Of a stretch of DNA of 64,000 bases, positions 51,222-64,000 are shown in pieces (within the stretch, counting starts at the first letter, position 1; each line of letters opens with the position of its first letter). The stretch is taken from positions 6,067,902 to 6,131,901 of the forward strand of contig MU053652.1 of NCBI GenBank assembly GCA_013239625.1, given 5' to 3'. The notes under the pieces are model-generated. The model made no database searches and was not told the DNA's origin. It saw only the letters and a program-made list of their open reading frames with translations. The DNA is from Lama guanicoe (Eukaryota). Made by a program: the position numbers and the translations under genes.

Positions 51222-54200
51222 GTAAGTGGCAAGAAATGCATTTGCCAGCCCTTTCCCTGAATTTAACTTCTTTCTTTAGGGTGCTTTCCCTTCTTCCTTT
51301 TTGGTTCACTTATATTCTCTCCAGAGGCGTCAATGTGTTGTTCAGTGCGTTATATTTATATATTCAAGGTCACTTTGCTCTGAATATATTGACAAAGACT
51401 GATATTTCCATGAAAAACACTTTAATGTGTCCTCCTCAGCAAGGAGACAGAGAAGGAGAAGACTGACAGAGCTCACATCCCTTTCTAGGTCTCTCCTCCC
51501 AGCTCTGTTATCAGCTAATATATCTGTTCATTTGCAAACGTTGAAAGAGGAAGGCAGAAAGGCAGGCCTGATTCATGGGAGTGAGCTATTCCAGAGGTAC
51601 CCCAGTGTATGACAGATGCCTCTTTTCCCGATTCTAACGTGACTCTGGAAAAATACTGTCCTTAATGATGATGGTTTTAGTCATGGAAGTTTATAGAGTT
51701 TATAGCAAAACCGCAACAGTAAAAGGGAACTAAATGGCTCAGTTTAATCTGAGCCATCTTACTATTTCTCTTCAGCCCCCATTCTTATTCTTTTTCCACA
51801 TGTGGAGGATGATGGTGAGGGATTAAAGAAAACAGCAGTGGGCAATTATATAAGCAGTTTATAGTTTTTTAGAAGTTGAGGATCAATTGAGTTTCCTGGA
51901 AAAGTTTTCTTTTGTTCCTAATCTTCCATTAACTTTTCCACATAAAATCTTGCAAGTACAGAACATCTGTATATGAAAAGCAGCATGTACTGAACTGAAT
52001 GTGTGTAGTTCTTTGTCTAGAAAAGCAGAGAACTAATTTTCACCGTGAGTTCCGAGGTTTGGGTGGTGTGATGGCAACAGCCAGCCTGTGAAACAAAGGC
52101 TGAAGGCATTCTGAAGGCGTGGCCCCTCAGCCCTAATGTGCAAATGAGAAAGTTCTTCCCTCAGAATGAAGACTTAAAGATTGTCCCATCCTCCATCATC
52201 AGAAGTCATGAGGAAGTCAAACATCCTGGAGGCAATCACATTTCCTAGATCCTAACATGCCAAGTGAGGTCCTGAATGACTCTTAAAATCCTAAGGCATT
52301 CGGAGGAAAAAGTACCCAACAAATGCTTGGAGAGCTTGTTAGTATGAGCATTTGTGCCTTACTAGATCAATGTAGCCATCAATTTTAAAAGACGAAAGAT
52401 GCACTTCGGCCAACCTGCTGCCGAATAGAGCAAACTTGCCATGGGTTCCAGACCTGTGACCTTTCTTCACTTGTATGGCCTGATGGAAGCCCATGAATAT
52501 TTTATGCTGGACCACGCACATGGCAGGAAAATTAAATAAGACAGTTTGGGGCTCTAAACTGAATAACTAGAAAGCATTATATTTTGACACATGCAGATGG
52601 GAATGTATTAGGATCAAACTTGTGAATTTAACTTAGAGAGGAATGTGTCTGTCAGTTTATTAAGCCTCCTGTGACATGGTCAGTTGGACTAGCCAGGGAA
52701 AAACAGCATTTCTCAGAGTCTGGAAATGTCCACATTATGTGAATTATTAATAACATCAGCTTAAGTGGTACTTTTGTGTTTGAACCTGGAGCTGTCTTTT
52801 TTAATATATTATTTTATCTGGAGAGGGCCTTAGGTAGTTTATTTTGCTTTCTTGTGGACAACACATATTTAACCAAAGAAAATCTCCTGAGCACTGATAT
52901 CCAACTTTGTTTTTCTTTTTCTTTCTCTTCTTTACATTTTATAAATGATGGCCTACTCTTACTTTTCATACTGTGACTTCCAAGGTTGTGGGGGAACAAA
53001 CATAAGTGCTAATAAGATGTTATTTCTATTCCGAGAAGTGTTTCAGTGACTTGATTTTTAGAATAAGTAAAATCATGGTCCTGCATGTTCTTAGTAATTC
53101 AAATATGCATCATACTAAGGGTTTTTGTTTTCTGTTTGTTTGTTTTTTTAAGGTAATAGGGAAAAAAAATCACCATTGTCTCTCAGATCAGAAACTTGCA
53201 GAGTCACAGCTGCCCCCTTGAGGAGCAGTGATGGAGACAGTGAGAGTTTCAGGATGAAATGGACACAGAACGATGCCAGGGGCTAGAAGCTGTCCAGGGT
53301 TCCTGGGCCAGTGGGAGCTGTGTGTACATCAGAAAGCCTGGAGTTTTTGTGTGTATTTATGGGTGTGGATCTTTCAGGGCCTCCAGACATATGACTGAAC
53401 ACTAGCCAGTGTTCTTTTTTTTCATTATTTAGCTTTGTGAAATCAAAGTAAGTCAAAGAAGCACATTGTAAGACACATTTATAAAATATGTTAATTGGAG
53501 TTTATTTGTATTCATGAGATGATTGAATGTGGGAAAGACTAAAGAAATCAAGAAGAAACACTCGTTCTAGGAATTTTCAGAATGTTGTAAAATGCTCAAA
53601 TTATTTAATTAGTCTTGGAGTTGCTGAATTCAGACCAGCTCCACATCAAGGGCTATTATATAATGAGTAGCTAAGATTTGCTACTAAAGGTTTTTTTTTT
53701 AATATAAGACACTTATGTGTCCCCCTTCACATTAAAATTCACTTCCTTCTATTCCCTGTCAAACTATCTTTAATTATTCAAAACAATGCACAAAATATTT
53801 GAACATGTTTATTTTTTCACGCTGCTAAAATTATTGACACAGATACTAAAAGTAAATAAAACTTTTATATGTCTAAAGGAAGGCTTTCCCTAAGTTTTAT
53901 TGACTTTGGAGGCCCAAAAGAGCTGGTCAGTCCTCTGCTCTCATTTATAATGCTCAGCCAGGGAACCGCACATTATCAGCTTGAAGTGTTTGTAACAGTC
54001 AGGCGCACACACCCCTATTAATTCAGCAGATCCTTATTGAGCATTGTGTCCTGCACTGTGCTAATTATTGAACTATGTCAGTCTGCTTCCCCCCGCCTTC
54101 CTTGTAAGGTTCAGCCCGGCTGCCAGCTGATGCTGCCCGACGCCACCAGCACCAGCAAGTGCCAGGTTCAAGGGCAGGGGGAGATCACGCTCAAGGGCAG

Positions 54201-55714
54201 GGGGAGATGGTGAAGAGTCAGGTCTGAGATGAGAAAGCAAACAAAAGATTCGTGCATCCTGTAACTATACCTCAGTGACATGGAATGTATAACACGGAAG
54301 AGAGCAAAAGAGCAAAATTTCTCCCAGTATGCATTTAATTATGTTTCCTAGAGCAATGTCTACAGAAGAAAATCCAACTAACCACACAGGTCTCTAAAAT
54401 TACAAGAGAAGTAGGAATAAAAAGTAAAATCAGTTGAATAATTTAGACAGCTGTTTTAGTAAACCTTCGAGTAAAGTCAAGTTATAAAGGGACATTTGCA
54501 GCATTTGTGAAGACAGGCAGCTCTCTACAATGTAGCTTCATTCAGTGATAAAACACCATTTAATTTCCCCACATTTTTTTTTCAGCTTTCAAAATCAAGA
54601 TGAATCGTATTTTTTCCAATGGATTTGAATGACATTTCTTAGCTTTGTACCTACTGCTGCATTCTACTGAATCATAGTATAAGAGCACTTTGTTTTTCCT
54701 ATTAAAAACTGGTGTAAAGGAGGGGTGGACACCCCGAGGTAAGGACAGGGACTAACGCGAACTTTCATAATTGGGTTGAAAAGACAAAAAATTAAAATAT
54801 AATTAATGTAACAGTCAGGAAAAGAACTCCCAGGGGGATGGTTAGGGGCTATTAGGATGGCAGAAATCTCCTAAATACGTATTTTATCCTCTCTAATTGG
54901 GTTCAGAGAACCTAGATAATCAGACAAAGGTTATGACACCGCCAGGCTCCAAGGAACACAGTGCTTCAGCCAGAGCATAGGATGGAAACAAAACACCCAG
55001 AAAACAGAAAACTCCAAATTGTCAAAAATCCCATATTCCTTCACCTTCACCTTCTAGATAAATCATGCAGCCTCTGTCCGGTGGCCTCCAGAAACCTGGA
55101 GTTATCTTAGTCCCCTTCCTCTGCTCACACTTACTCCTTTATTTCCTCCTCTCACCTTCAGATATCATCCTTTATCAGCCCATGGATGGGAAGCAGTGTC
55201 TGTCTGACGTTTACCTGTATGAATATGTCTCTTAACATAGAGCCTTAGCATGCAGCACATTCTCAATAAATGTCTATTGAGTGAGTAAATGGGGTTCCTT
55301 GCACAATAATGATATACTATATAATAACACAAAATGCATTTTGATGATTTAGGTTAGACTCTGGCATAGTGGGAACCTTCTATATTCATGTGATTATGAT
55401 CCCCGTTACAACTTTTTTTTTTCTAAAAAAATAAGTTTTCTCACTTAAATGATGGGCTAAATATAGCTCTTTTTAAAATTTCATCAATCTCACTTATTCT
55501 GACGTAGGGTTGCTTGCTCAATATTTTGGGAGAAATGCAAAAAGGAATTCTTATGGTTGTCCCTCGTTCTGTCTAAAATGCACAGATCAAAGGAGAATTG
55601 ATGTTATTTTCCAGATGCTTTTGCCGTGTCATCCCTACCCCCACCTTTTTCCCCTCTATCTGTGGATTTTAAGGGCAGATGAGTGTAGGGGTGCATAGGT
55701 GGATGAGCGGAGTA

Positions 55715-55810
55715 AGGAAGAGCATGAGCTCTGGAGGGGGAGGACTTGGGTTCAAATCCTGGCTCTGTCAGACTAGCTGAGAAGATGCAGTTAAATAACT
55801 AAATTTGTGC
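55715..55810 (+). mobile_element. MIR 5' fragment
   Basis: gaagagcatgagctctggag...ttgggttcaaatcctggctctgtca..ctagctg. Confidence 0.75.
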
Positions 55811-56091
55811 AGATAGCTATACCCTCCCTGGAAAATCCAAACTCAGATATAAAGCAACATAAAGTAATCGCCAGCCATCTGTGTCCAGCCCTGTTCACAA
55901 ACTAAAGCAGACTTCAGTTCATAGCCATCTAGCGAAGGGCAGGAAGACTCAAAAAAAATTGTCTCGTCCCATCATGGTGTTTTTTGTATGAACAGATACG
56001 TTCATGGTAGTTTTGCTGAGAGTTACAAGATACGAGTCGTGAGATATGGTTAACACATAATATGCGATCATTAAATATTGACTGTTATTAC

Positions 56092-56220
56092 TTTTAGACT
56101 CTATTTCATGAGGGCAGGGATCTTATTTTATTTTGCTCACCATCATATCCTTGGCACTTAGCCTAAAACTGGGCCCGGAATAGGTTCTCCAAAAGTATTT
56201 GTCTAATGATGGAATACATT
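56092..56220 (+). mobile_element. L2 3' terminus
   Basis: tagact...catgagggcaggga...ttgctcaccatcatatcc...gcacttagc...taggttctc...gtatttgt..aatga. Confidence 0.75.
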
Positions 56221-58095
56221 CAGATTTATCCAGATAATTGCCTTCATTTCTCCAGCCGTTTGGATCATGTCTGTGAAGCACCCCAGCCAGAAGTGATTTC
56301 TCAGACACAGGGGCTTGCCTGAAGGTGTAAATCATAGAGCTTACAGAAGTTAAAAAAGGAGACAAGACTCTGTAGGACTAGGAGAAAGAGGAGAGAGAGC
56401 CGTTCCTGAGGCAATATACTTAGCAAAAACATACTGCAAGGAGGGAAAGTGTCATCAGAAAGCAGCTGCCGAAATACTTGGGTTAAAATGGAAACGTGCA
56501 TAACTCTAACAAGAGTTATGAGAGGTAGTTCTGAAAACAATAATAAAATTACTGCTTTGAGGAATAATCCAGATGAGAAAAGAACAGCCTGAGAAACTGG
56601 GGTAAAAATGTCAATATAACCTAGACAGCAACAGAAGCCATTTTCAGAAGAGCTCAGAGCAACCATAACTGTCCCCTAATGTTTCCTTGTTCCCTTAGAA
56701 AGGAGAGAAGTTGAAAGCAGTGAGCAGTATCCGTCTTGAGTGTCCGTAATTGTTGTAAACCTTACAGTGTTTTCTTTTCATGTTCGCTCACAGTCATTTG
56801 AAGCTGATTCCTTTAAAGGTCTCACCATGACCCAAGTTATAGAACTATTTCAGGTATCACGGTAGATTGTGTCTGGGCAAGATTAATCGTACCGGACTGT
56901 TGCAATCAACTCTGGAAGGGAGAAAACAAAGGAAAAGGAAAAAAAAAAACTGGAAAACAAAACATTTATATGGTCTCATTTATGTGGTCAGTTAAAATGA
57001 TACGCTTGTGAAGATACAGAAGAAAAACAATGAAATTCAGGAGATTCTAGGGGACAGTGTAGGCAAGCCTGTTAAGTAGCTCTTCTAGGGAAGGATGCCT
57101 TAGCCAGGCTGATTCCTTTTTTTCCATTTGTGCTACATATTACTGCTGTCAAATATTACCAACTTCCACATTCAGGGCAATTCTTTGAGGGAGGCCAATC
57201 TTATTTGACAGCACAAAGAAATATTTGCTCAATGAACCTTGCTTCGCTTCCATGATCTCACTTTTTTGGGGCTTGGAGAAAACTGATCTGGGGCCACTTA
57301 ATTTAAACATTTGGTTGTTAGTGAGATTGTGGTATTTACACATTCATCTCTCTCTCTCTGTGTCTATGGCTCTCTCTCTCTCTTTTAATTGAAACTGAGT
57401 TTACAAAGGATTTGAATTTTCTATGCCCAAGTTACAATAAATTAATCAACCAGACAATTGTATAGTCAACCTGGAATTTAGTCCTAGAGCTAACATATCT
57501 CACTAAAATGGTTGAGCTTTCATAATATGTTTGAAATGCTGGAAAACTAGATTTGATTAAGACTAAAATGTGAATATTTTCCAAGACATAGTGACCATGA
57601 CTTTATTTCAAAATGCTGAGGAGGAGTGCCATACAAAGAGATTTAATTTTTTTTTCTATATAGACAGAACTTTAATGACACTCCAGACTGTTGATAGTAC
57701 AGAATGCAGTGACTAATTTACTTATGTAACTTCAAATTGCATTTTCCATGATTCAGTAGATGCTTATATCTCATGGAGCACACAGGGTGCCAGGAAGAGC
57801 AGATTGCAAGCAAATAGTTCCTTTTGGCTGTAACCATATATACATTTTTATGCTGGGAAATTAAAAAAAAAATCTCTAAATGCAGTATCACATGGATTAG
57901 TATAAACCACTCCAAAGTGCAGAGAAATTTTTACCCAAATATTAGTATAAATTCCAGGCTATTTAAAATGAATGCAAAGCAGATTTATTTGCATCATTAG
58001 AAGAAATGTAAGAAAATACTTAGTTTGTCTTCTGGTTTAAGATATGGGCTGGCACAAACATACATAGTATTCCTTCTATGGTAATAACAAAAAGT

Positions 58096-60291
58096 AGTCT
58101 ATTAACTATGCAATAGTGTTGTGTTTAATTTCTTAAAGTATCTACCTTAAGTTAAAAGTATTTTATTGCTAAAAAAAACAATTGCTAACCATCACTCGAG
58201 CCTTTAGGAAATCATATTTTTGGCAGGGTCTTGCCTCCATGTTGATGACTGCTGGCTGATCAGGGTGGTGGCTGCCGAAGGGTGGAGTAGCTGTGGGGAT
58301 TTCTCAAAGTAAAACAGCAATAAAGTTTGCTACATGGATTGACTCTTCCTTTCAATGCTGTTTGATAGCATTTTACCCAGGGAAGAACTTTCCAAATTGG
58401 AGTTAATCCTCTTAAACCCCGCTGCTGCTTTATCAACTAAATCTATGCCATGCTCTAAAATCTGTTGTTGTTATTTCAACAACCTTCACAGCATCTTTGC
58501 CAGAAGTAGTTTCCATCTCTAGAAACCACTTTCTTTTTTCATCCATAAGAAGCAGCTCCTTATCCGTTCAAGTTTTATCATGAGATTGCAGTATTTCATT
58601 CATTTCTTCAGACTCCACTGATAATTCTATTTCTCCTGCTATTTCCACCACACCTCCAGTTACTTCCTCCACCGAAGTTTTGAACCCCTCTAAGGCATCC
58701 ATGAGAGTTGGAAACAATGTCTTCCGCATTCTTGTTAATATCGATATTTGCTCTCTTCCAATGAATCGTGAAAGTTCTTGATGGCATCCAGAATAGTGAA
58801 TCCTTTCCAGAGGCTTTCAACTGACCCTTTCCATATCCATCAGGAGAATCACTATCTGTGGCAGCTACAGCCTTACTAAATGTTTTTTTTTTAAATAATA
58901 ATAAGTGAAAGTTGACATTACTCCTTGATCCATGGGATGTAGAATGGATGTTGTGTTAACAGGCACAAGAACGCTAGTCTCATTGTGCCTCATGGGTGGG
59001 TGACCAGGTGCATTGTCAATGAGAAGTAATATTTTGAAAGGAATTTTTGTTTCTGAGCAGTAGGTCTCAACATTCAGCTTAAAATATTCATCAAACCATG
59101 TTGGAAACAGATGTGCTGTCATCCAGGCTTTTTTGTTCCATTTATAGAGCACAGGCAGAGTGGATGTAGCATAATTCTTTAAGAGCCCTAGGCTTTTTAG
59201 AACGGTAAATGAGCACTGGCTTCAACTTAACCTCACCGGCTGTATTAGTCCCTAATAAGAGAGTCAGTCTACGTTTTGAAGCTTTGAAACCAGGCATTGA
59301 TTTCTCCTCTCTAGCTATGAAAGTCCTAGGTGGCATCTTCTTCTGCTGTAAGACTATTCTGTCTATGTTGGTATTCTGTTTTTTATGAGCCACCTCCTGG
59401 ATAACTTGCTGGATCTTCCAGATAACTTGCTGCAGCTTCACCTTCCATTTTATGTTATGGAGACAGCTTCTTTCCTTTAACCTCATGAGCCAGCCTCTGC
59501 TAGCTTCAGACTCTCCTTCCGCAGCTTCCTCACCTCTCTCATCATGGATAAAATAAAAGAGAGTTAGAGTCTTGCTCTGGAGTAGGTTTTGTCTTAAGGG
59601 AATGTTGTGGCTGGTTTGATCTTCTACAGAGACCGCTAAAGCTTTCTCCATATTAGCAGTAAGGCTGTTTCACTTTATCATTTATGTATTCACTGGAGCA
59701 GCACTTCTAATTTCCTTCAAGAACTTTTCCTTTGCATTCGCATCTTGGCTAACTGTTTGGCACGAGAGACCTAGATTTCAGCCTCTCTCAGCTTTTGACA
59801 TGCCTCCTCACTCAGCTTAATCGTTTCTAGCTTTTGATTTAAAGTGAGAGACATGTGTGTAACTCTTCCTTTCTCTTGAACACTTAGAGGCCCTTGTAGA
59901 GTTATGAATCAGCTTAATTTCACTATTGTTGTGTCTCAGGGAATAGGGAGGCCTGAAGAGAGGGAGAGAAACGGGGGAATGGCTGGTCGGTGGGGGAGTC
60001 AGAACACATAGTTTATCTCTGTCTTATATGGGTGTGGTTTGTGATGCTCCAAGACATCTACAATAGGAACGTCAAAGATCCCCATAACAAATATAGTAAT
60101 AATCAGAGAGTTTGAAGTAGTGCAAGAATTACCAAAATGTGACACAGAGACATGAAGTGAGCAAATGCTATTGGGAAAAATGACACTGATAGACTTGCTC
60201 AGTGTGGGGTTGCCACAAATCTTCAAGTTGTAAAAAATGCAGTATCTGCAAAGCACCATAAAATGAAGTGCAGTAAAACAAGGGATGCCCA
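58096..60291 (-). mobile_element. Tigger1 (pogo-like Tc1/mariner) DNA transposon, about 2.2 kb, with pseudogenised transposase; left TIR missing
   Basis: Minus ORFs 59142..59651 (EDQTSHNIPL, EASRGWLMRLKERS, PRTFIAREEKSMPGFKASK.RLTLLLG) and 58865..59152 (KAWMTAHLF, KILLLIDNAPGHP, NTTSILHPMDQGV) are CENP-B-type HTH and DDE_1 motifs split by frameshifts. Degenerate TIR ...gcagtaaaacaagggatgccca followed by TA at 60292-60293. Confidence 0.95.
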
Positions 60292-60949
60292 TATGTTTTT
60301 AGAACCAGCAGGCAAAATAATTTGAGAAAATCCCGAAAAGTAAAAGTTGGATGGATCTGATCTATAGAGAAATTAAAAGAAGAAAAGCATAGCTCAAGAG
60401 ACATAGATGATTCTTCCCATGAAAGTCCCAAATAATTCTAAACCTAAAGCCAACAGAAGGACTTGAAGGAGGTGTTGGAGTGACCAACAGAAAAATTTTT
60501 AAAGAGATGAATTTCAAAATAGCTGGGCCTGTTGGTCCCCTTACTTCTCCTTTCTGCTCTTACTTTAAATGTAGAGAGGGTATAGGTTAAAATTACAGAA
60601 TTCTACTCTAAAGCATAGGAACTATCCCGTGGTAGACATATGCTCTTCATATGGACACAGGGCATTCAGAGAAAACAGCAGAACATGAAGTAATTTTATT
60701 TCAGACAGACATAGAAATGTGGGAAATAGGAATGCAGCATCTATACAGGATAGAAATATGAAAAACTTCTCAACTCTTAGAGTAAGTTTCTCCAGGGGTG
60801 GTGGGTCCCCAGTCTGCTTGCTTGCCTGTGTCCATGAGTCTTTAAGGGAAACCAGTTAGGTAATAATTACATAGGTCCACACTCTGCCCACCCACCCAAG
60901 GGAAATGCACCCCACCAATAATCTGTATCAATCAACCTGGCCCTTCAAT

Positions 60950-62400
60950 CATAATTATACATCAACAGCCAAAGATGTCATGACAGCTGAAGAAAGCCAA
61001 TAGCATAATTTAAAAAGACAAGTACATATATGAATATTGTGTAAAAAACAAAACCAGAGATGATTCAGAAAAATATAAGAGAAGTTTTTTAAACAGAATT
61101 TTAATTAGCATTTCAAGATAGAGTCAAGGGAATACTAACCATACCCACAGACACACTATATGGGCGGCTATGGAAAAGATCAATCAGAGAATAAGAAAAT
61201 GACCCTGGAAGTTAAAATTATGAACGTGAAAATAAAAAGTTAAATATTTTAAACATGGGGTGGCCAGGGCTAAAGACCAGAGTGATGAGCTAGAGGGTAA
61301 AATAAAAGGTAAAACCAAAAAGAAAAAGAGAAAAGAGAAAAGGGAAAATAATATGGAACATTTACAACATGTTGAGCCTAGAATCAAGATCCCAAAATAT
61401 AGCTAATAAACAAATTTAAGAAGAAGAAAGAGACCAAGAAGGGGAAGAAATAGCATAAAAAAATTAACAGAAGAAAAGTTTCACAAACTGAAGACAGACA
61501 GTTCTTAAAACTGAAAGGACCACCTACCTTAGTAAAATTTTATTAATGGAGAGAAAATTCTAAGAACTTTTTTCTTTTGGTGAGGGGAGAACCATTCCTA
61601 CAAGGAATAAAAATCAGACTTCATTTGCCTCCCTGGATTCTAGAAGGCAATGAGCCAAGACTTTCTGAGGGAAAAGTATTTTAAAGTTATGATTGTAGAA
61701 CCAGCCAAACTATCAATCAATGTGAGGCTGAAAATAAATGTGGCTCAGAAAATCCGGTGCCTACGTATCTTATGTATGAGTTATTCCAGAGAGAATCCAA
61801 CAAAATAGAAAAAGCATATCTGATATGAGACAGATACTAGAGGCAATTGCATATGACCTAGAAGAAACAAAGAAACTTAAAAAGTAATTGTAAAAGATGT
61901 ATTAGACCCTAGTGTCCAATTACCCTTTAGAAGGCAGGGTTTTAATAATTATGTTTATCCTTTCCCTATGAGTCCAGTCATGCTACTTGGAGGAATCTGA
62001 AAGGAATAATATTTAGTAACCATAATACAGCAATTGCTTTTCATATTGATCTTAACACTGTTAGAAAGAATCTAGGAACAAAACACAGAAATGTTAACAC
62101 TTAAGTGAATGTAACTATTATAAACACTGTAATATTAAAAATAGTAACATACCTTAAAAAAATTGGGAAGTACTTAAGGAGAGTCAGTAAAGAAGGGGGT
62201 TGCATAAACATACTAAATCACTCAACTTTTACTGTGAGTAGTCAACAAACAATCTAAAATTGGCAACTCAAGATTCAAGTGCATTATTTAAACAGCAGCA
62301 AATAAATAATAAAACTTGCTCAAATTTGTTAATGCTATAGAATAGTATCGAGATACGGGGAGATGGCTGATGGAGGGGCTTAATTTTATTTAACAAATAC
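60950..62400 (+). mobile_element. Ancient sense-oriented L1 ORF1-like remnant (HAL1/L1ME-like)
   Basis: A-rich, with decayed ORF1 motifs aaaatcagact...ctggattctagaaggcaatg...ttctgagggaaaa...tagaaccagccaaactatcaatcaa. Confidence 0.6.
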
Positions 62401-63114
62401 TTAGGTTTTATTTTATTTAATAAACAAATTTAAGATAAAATAGAAATCATTGCATATAGAATGGTTTAATGAAGGTCTCAGGAAATACTTGTCTAAGACA
62501 ACATGAATGTACCTATTAGGGACTTTGGGTATGTCATATGTACCTTGAGAAAATCTTTTAGATGCCAAAATGGGTGAGTCATTTTCAATTTGTTTAAATG
62601 ACTCTAGATCTTTGGTTGATGAAGTTCCTCTTCTTTTGGGTTAATGCCAATATTAAATAAATAAGTTTTTAAGTGTCACAATTGAAGTATCAGATTACAA
62701 CTGATGACTGTATTTTTAAATGTTTGCTATATGCAAGGATCTTTGCTTAGGAAAATACAAAGATGAGTAAGAAGTTGTTTAGGGTCAAATACCAAGTACA
62801 GAGCCAAACCAAGCACACAGAGGTCTGGTCCAAAGCAGAGGAACATAATGGTGGCTAAGGGTCAAGTTGGAAGTTTTGGGGCCAAGGATAGCAAAAGAAG
62901 GAAGGGAGCCTGTCCTCTTGAGGGATGGAAAAATTTTTCATAAAGGACGTGGGGATTAAATCGGCCTCAAAGGGTAGGCAGAAACAGATGGAAACCATCT
63001 TCCAGGCAACAGGAGCAGTGGGCTTAAACTTTCAGAAAAGAGACGGTCAGGGAGTTGTGCGTAAAATCTGTGATTGAAGAACTCTTCTGGGTTTAGCACA
63101 GTCACAAGGAGAGC

Positions 63115-63213
63115 TGGGTGACCATATGTCCCGATTTGCCCTGTTGTTAATAGCACTCATTTTACTCTGAAAATGTATTTCCCAGCGTGAACAATAAATT
63201 ATATGGTTCCTCA
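63115..63213. mobile_element. hAT-Blackjack MITE (MER94/MER81-like)
   Basis: TIR-like gggtgaccatatgtcccgatttgccc at the left end and degenerate aattatatggttcctc at the right end. Confidence 0.6.
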
Positions 63214-64000
63214 CAAAATAAGGCTCGTCAGATAATTGGCAGGCGTTCCGCGGTGGAACTTGAGCCAAGTCTGTGCTTCATTTGCAAGGGACTTGAGTAT
63301 ATCTGAATCTTTTCTGAGCATGGCTGTATTCTCAGTACAGTCACATCTTGTGAGTTTTCTCTGCCAGTGGTGAGTCAGATGGGTTATAGTGTGCAAGGGT
63401 AAGAAAAAAGATGATGGTAAGATTGTTGAAGAAACCCAGGCAAGAAATATGGGGGCTTGACTTGTGGCAGTGGAAAGAAGAGACTCATTTCCAGTTGAAC
63501 TGGGAACAGATGAAGACAGAGTGGAGGTGAGGTGCTTGCATTGTGTGGTCTGTGTTTGTGTGTGTGATTTCGAACCTTCCCTGGCTGCCCCAAGGTTCCT
63601 ATCTAGTCGAACTTCAAGAAAGACCCCGTAGCTTTCCCTCTGGTCTGGGCAGAAGGAGAGAAAGCAGTTCTTTTTAATTGCTGATGACTGCAACTAGCCA
63701 GGAGAAGGATATTCGGTCTTAAAATAAAGTTGTGTAAAAATCAGTGTGAATATAAGCAAAGATAAGAATACCAGGACAATACTGTCTGGTGGACTATGAT
63801 TTTCAGTAAACAAATCTGCTAAATAATATTCAAATCAATTTTGATAGTTGAAATAAAAAGGCAAGCTCTTTAAAAATAAAAGTCAAATCATTTCTAGATG
63901 ATTATGAATCCGACTTAAACATGTAATCACCATTGTCGTTAGATAACATTTGGACATGAAATGGATTTTATGTTGTAGTAATCTTGGGCAAATTCTTGGG

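Larger units (their letters stand above)
51222..64000 (+). other. GRM8: GRM8 downstream intron (continues beyond the window; the TM7/C-tail exon was not seen)
   Basis: Canonical donor AAG|gtaagt at 51222. I found no downstream TM7-encoding exon in the window. Confidence 0.85.

Noticed and set aside
50244..51260. 338-aa ORF as a standalone single-exon GPCR gene or retrocopy
   Set aside because: Homology is bounded exactly by AG/GT splice sites (50286-51221), TM7 is absent, and the preceding exon is present at 742-878. The tail [12 protein letters not shown] is intron read-through.
372..63693. The many 60-160 aa ORFs in the track (e.g. 24501..24890, 29165..29527, 63211..63693)
   Set aside because: No recognisable domains and biased composition; many overlap repeats or microsatellites. 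They are expected by chance.

Overview
Mammalian genomic DNA, AT-rich and CpG-poor, lying entirely within the metabotropic glutamate receptor 8 gene (GRM8, + strand). Two coding exons are present. The first (742-878, 137 bp) encodes the end of the Venus-flytrap domain. The second (50286-51221, 936 bp) encodes the 9-Cys domain and TM1-TM6. They are joined in frame across a 49,407-bp intron that starts with a non-canonical GC donor (AAA|GCAAGT). The rest is intronic, with L1, L2, MIR, an ERV1 solo LTR, a MaLR LTR, a near-complete decayed Tigger1, hAT MITEs and a tRNA-Ala-derived SINE. That SINE, with no Alu or Bov-tA seen, suggests a camelid genome. The short ORFs in the track are chance ORFs or repeat remnants. 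I see no clearly new multi-gene system. The best leads are the unusual splicing architecture (weak GC donor, a competing acceptor/recursive-like site, an in-frame intronic ATG) and a tandem E-box + TATA + hairpin module near 11.7 kb. Repeat family names and comparisons with human/rodent proteins come from memory of consensus sequences, not from a search.
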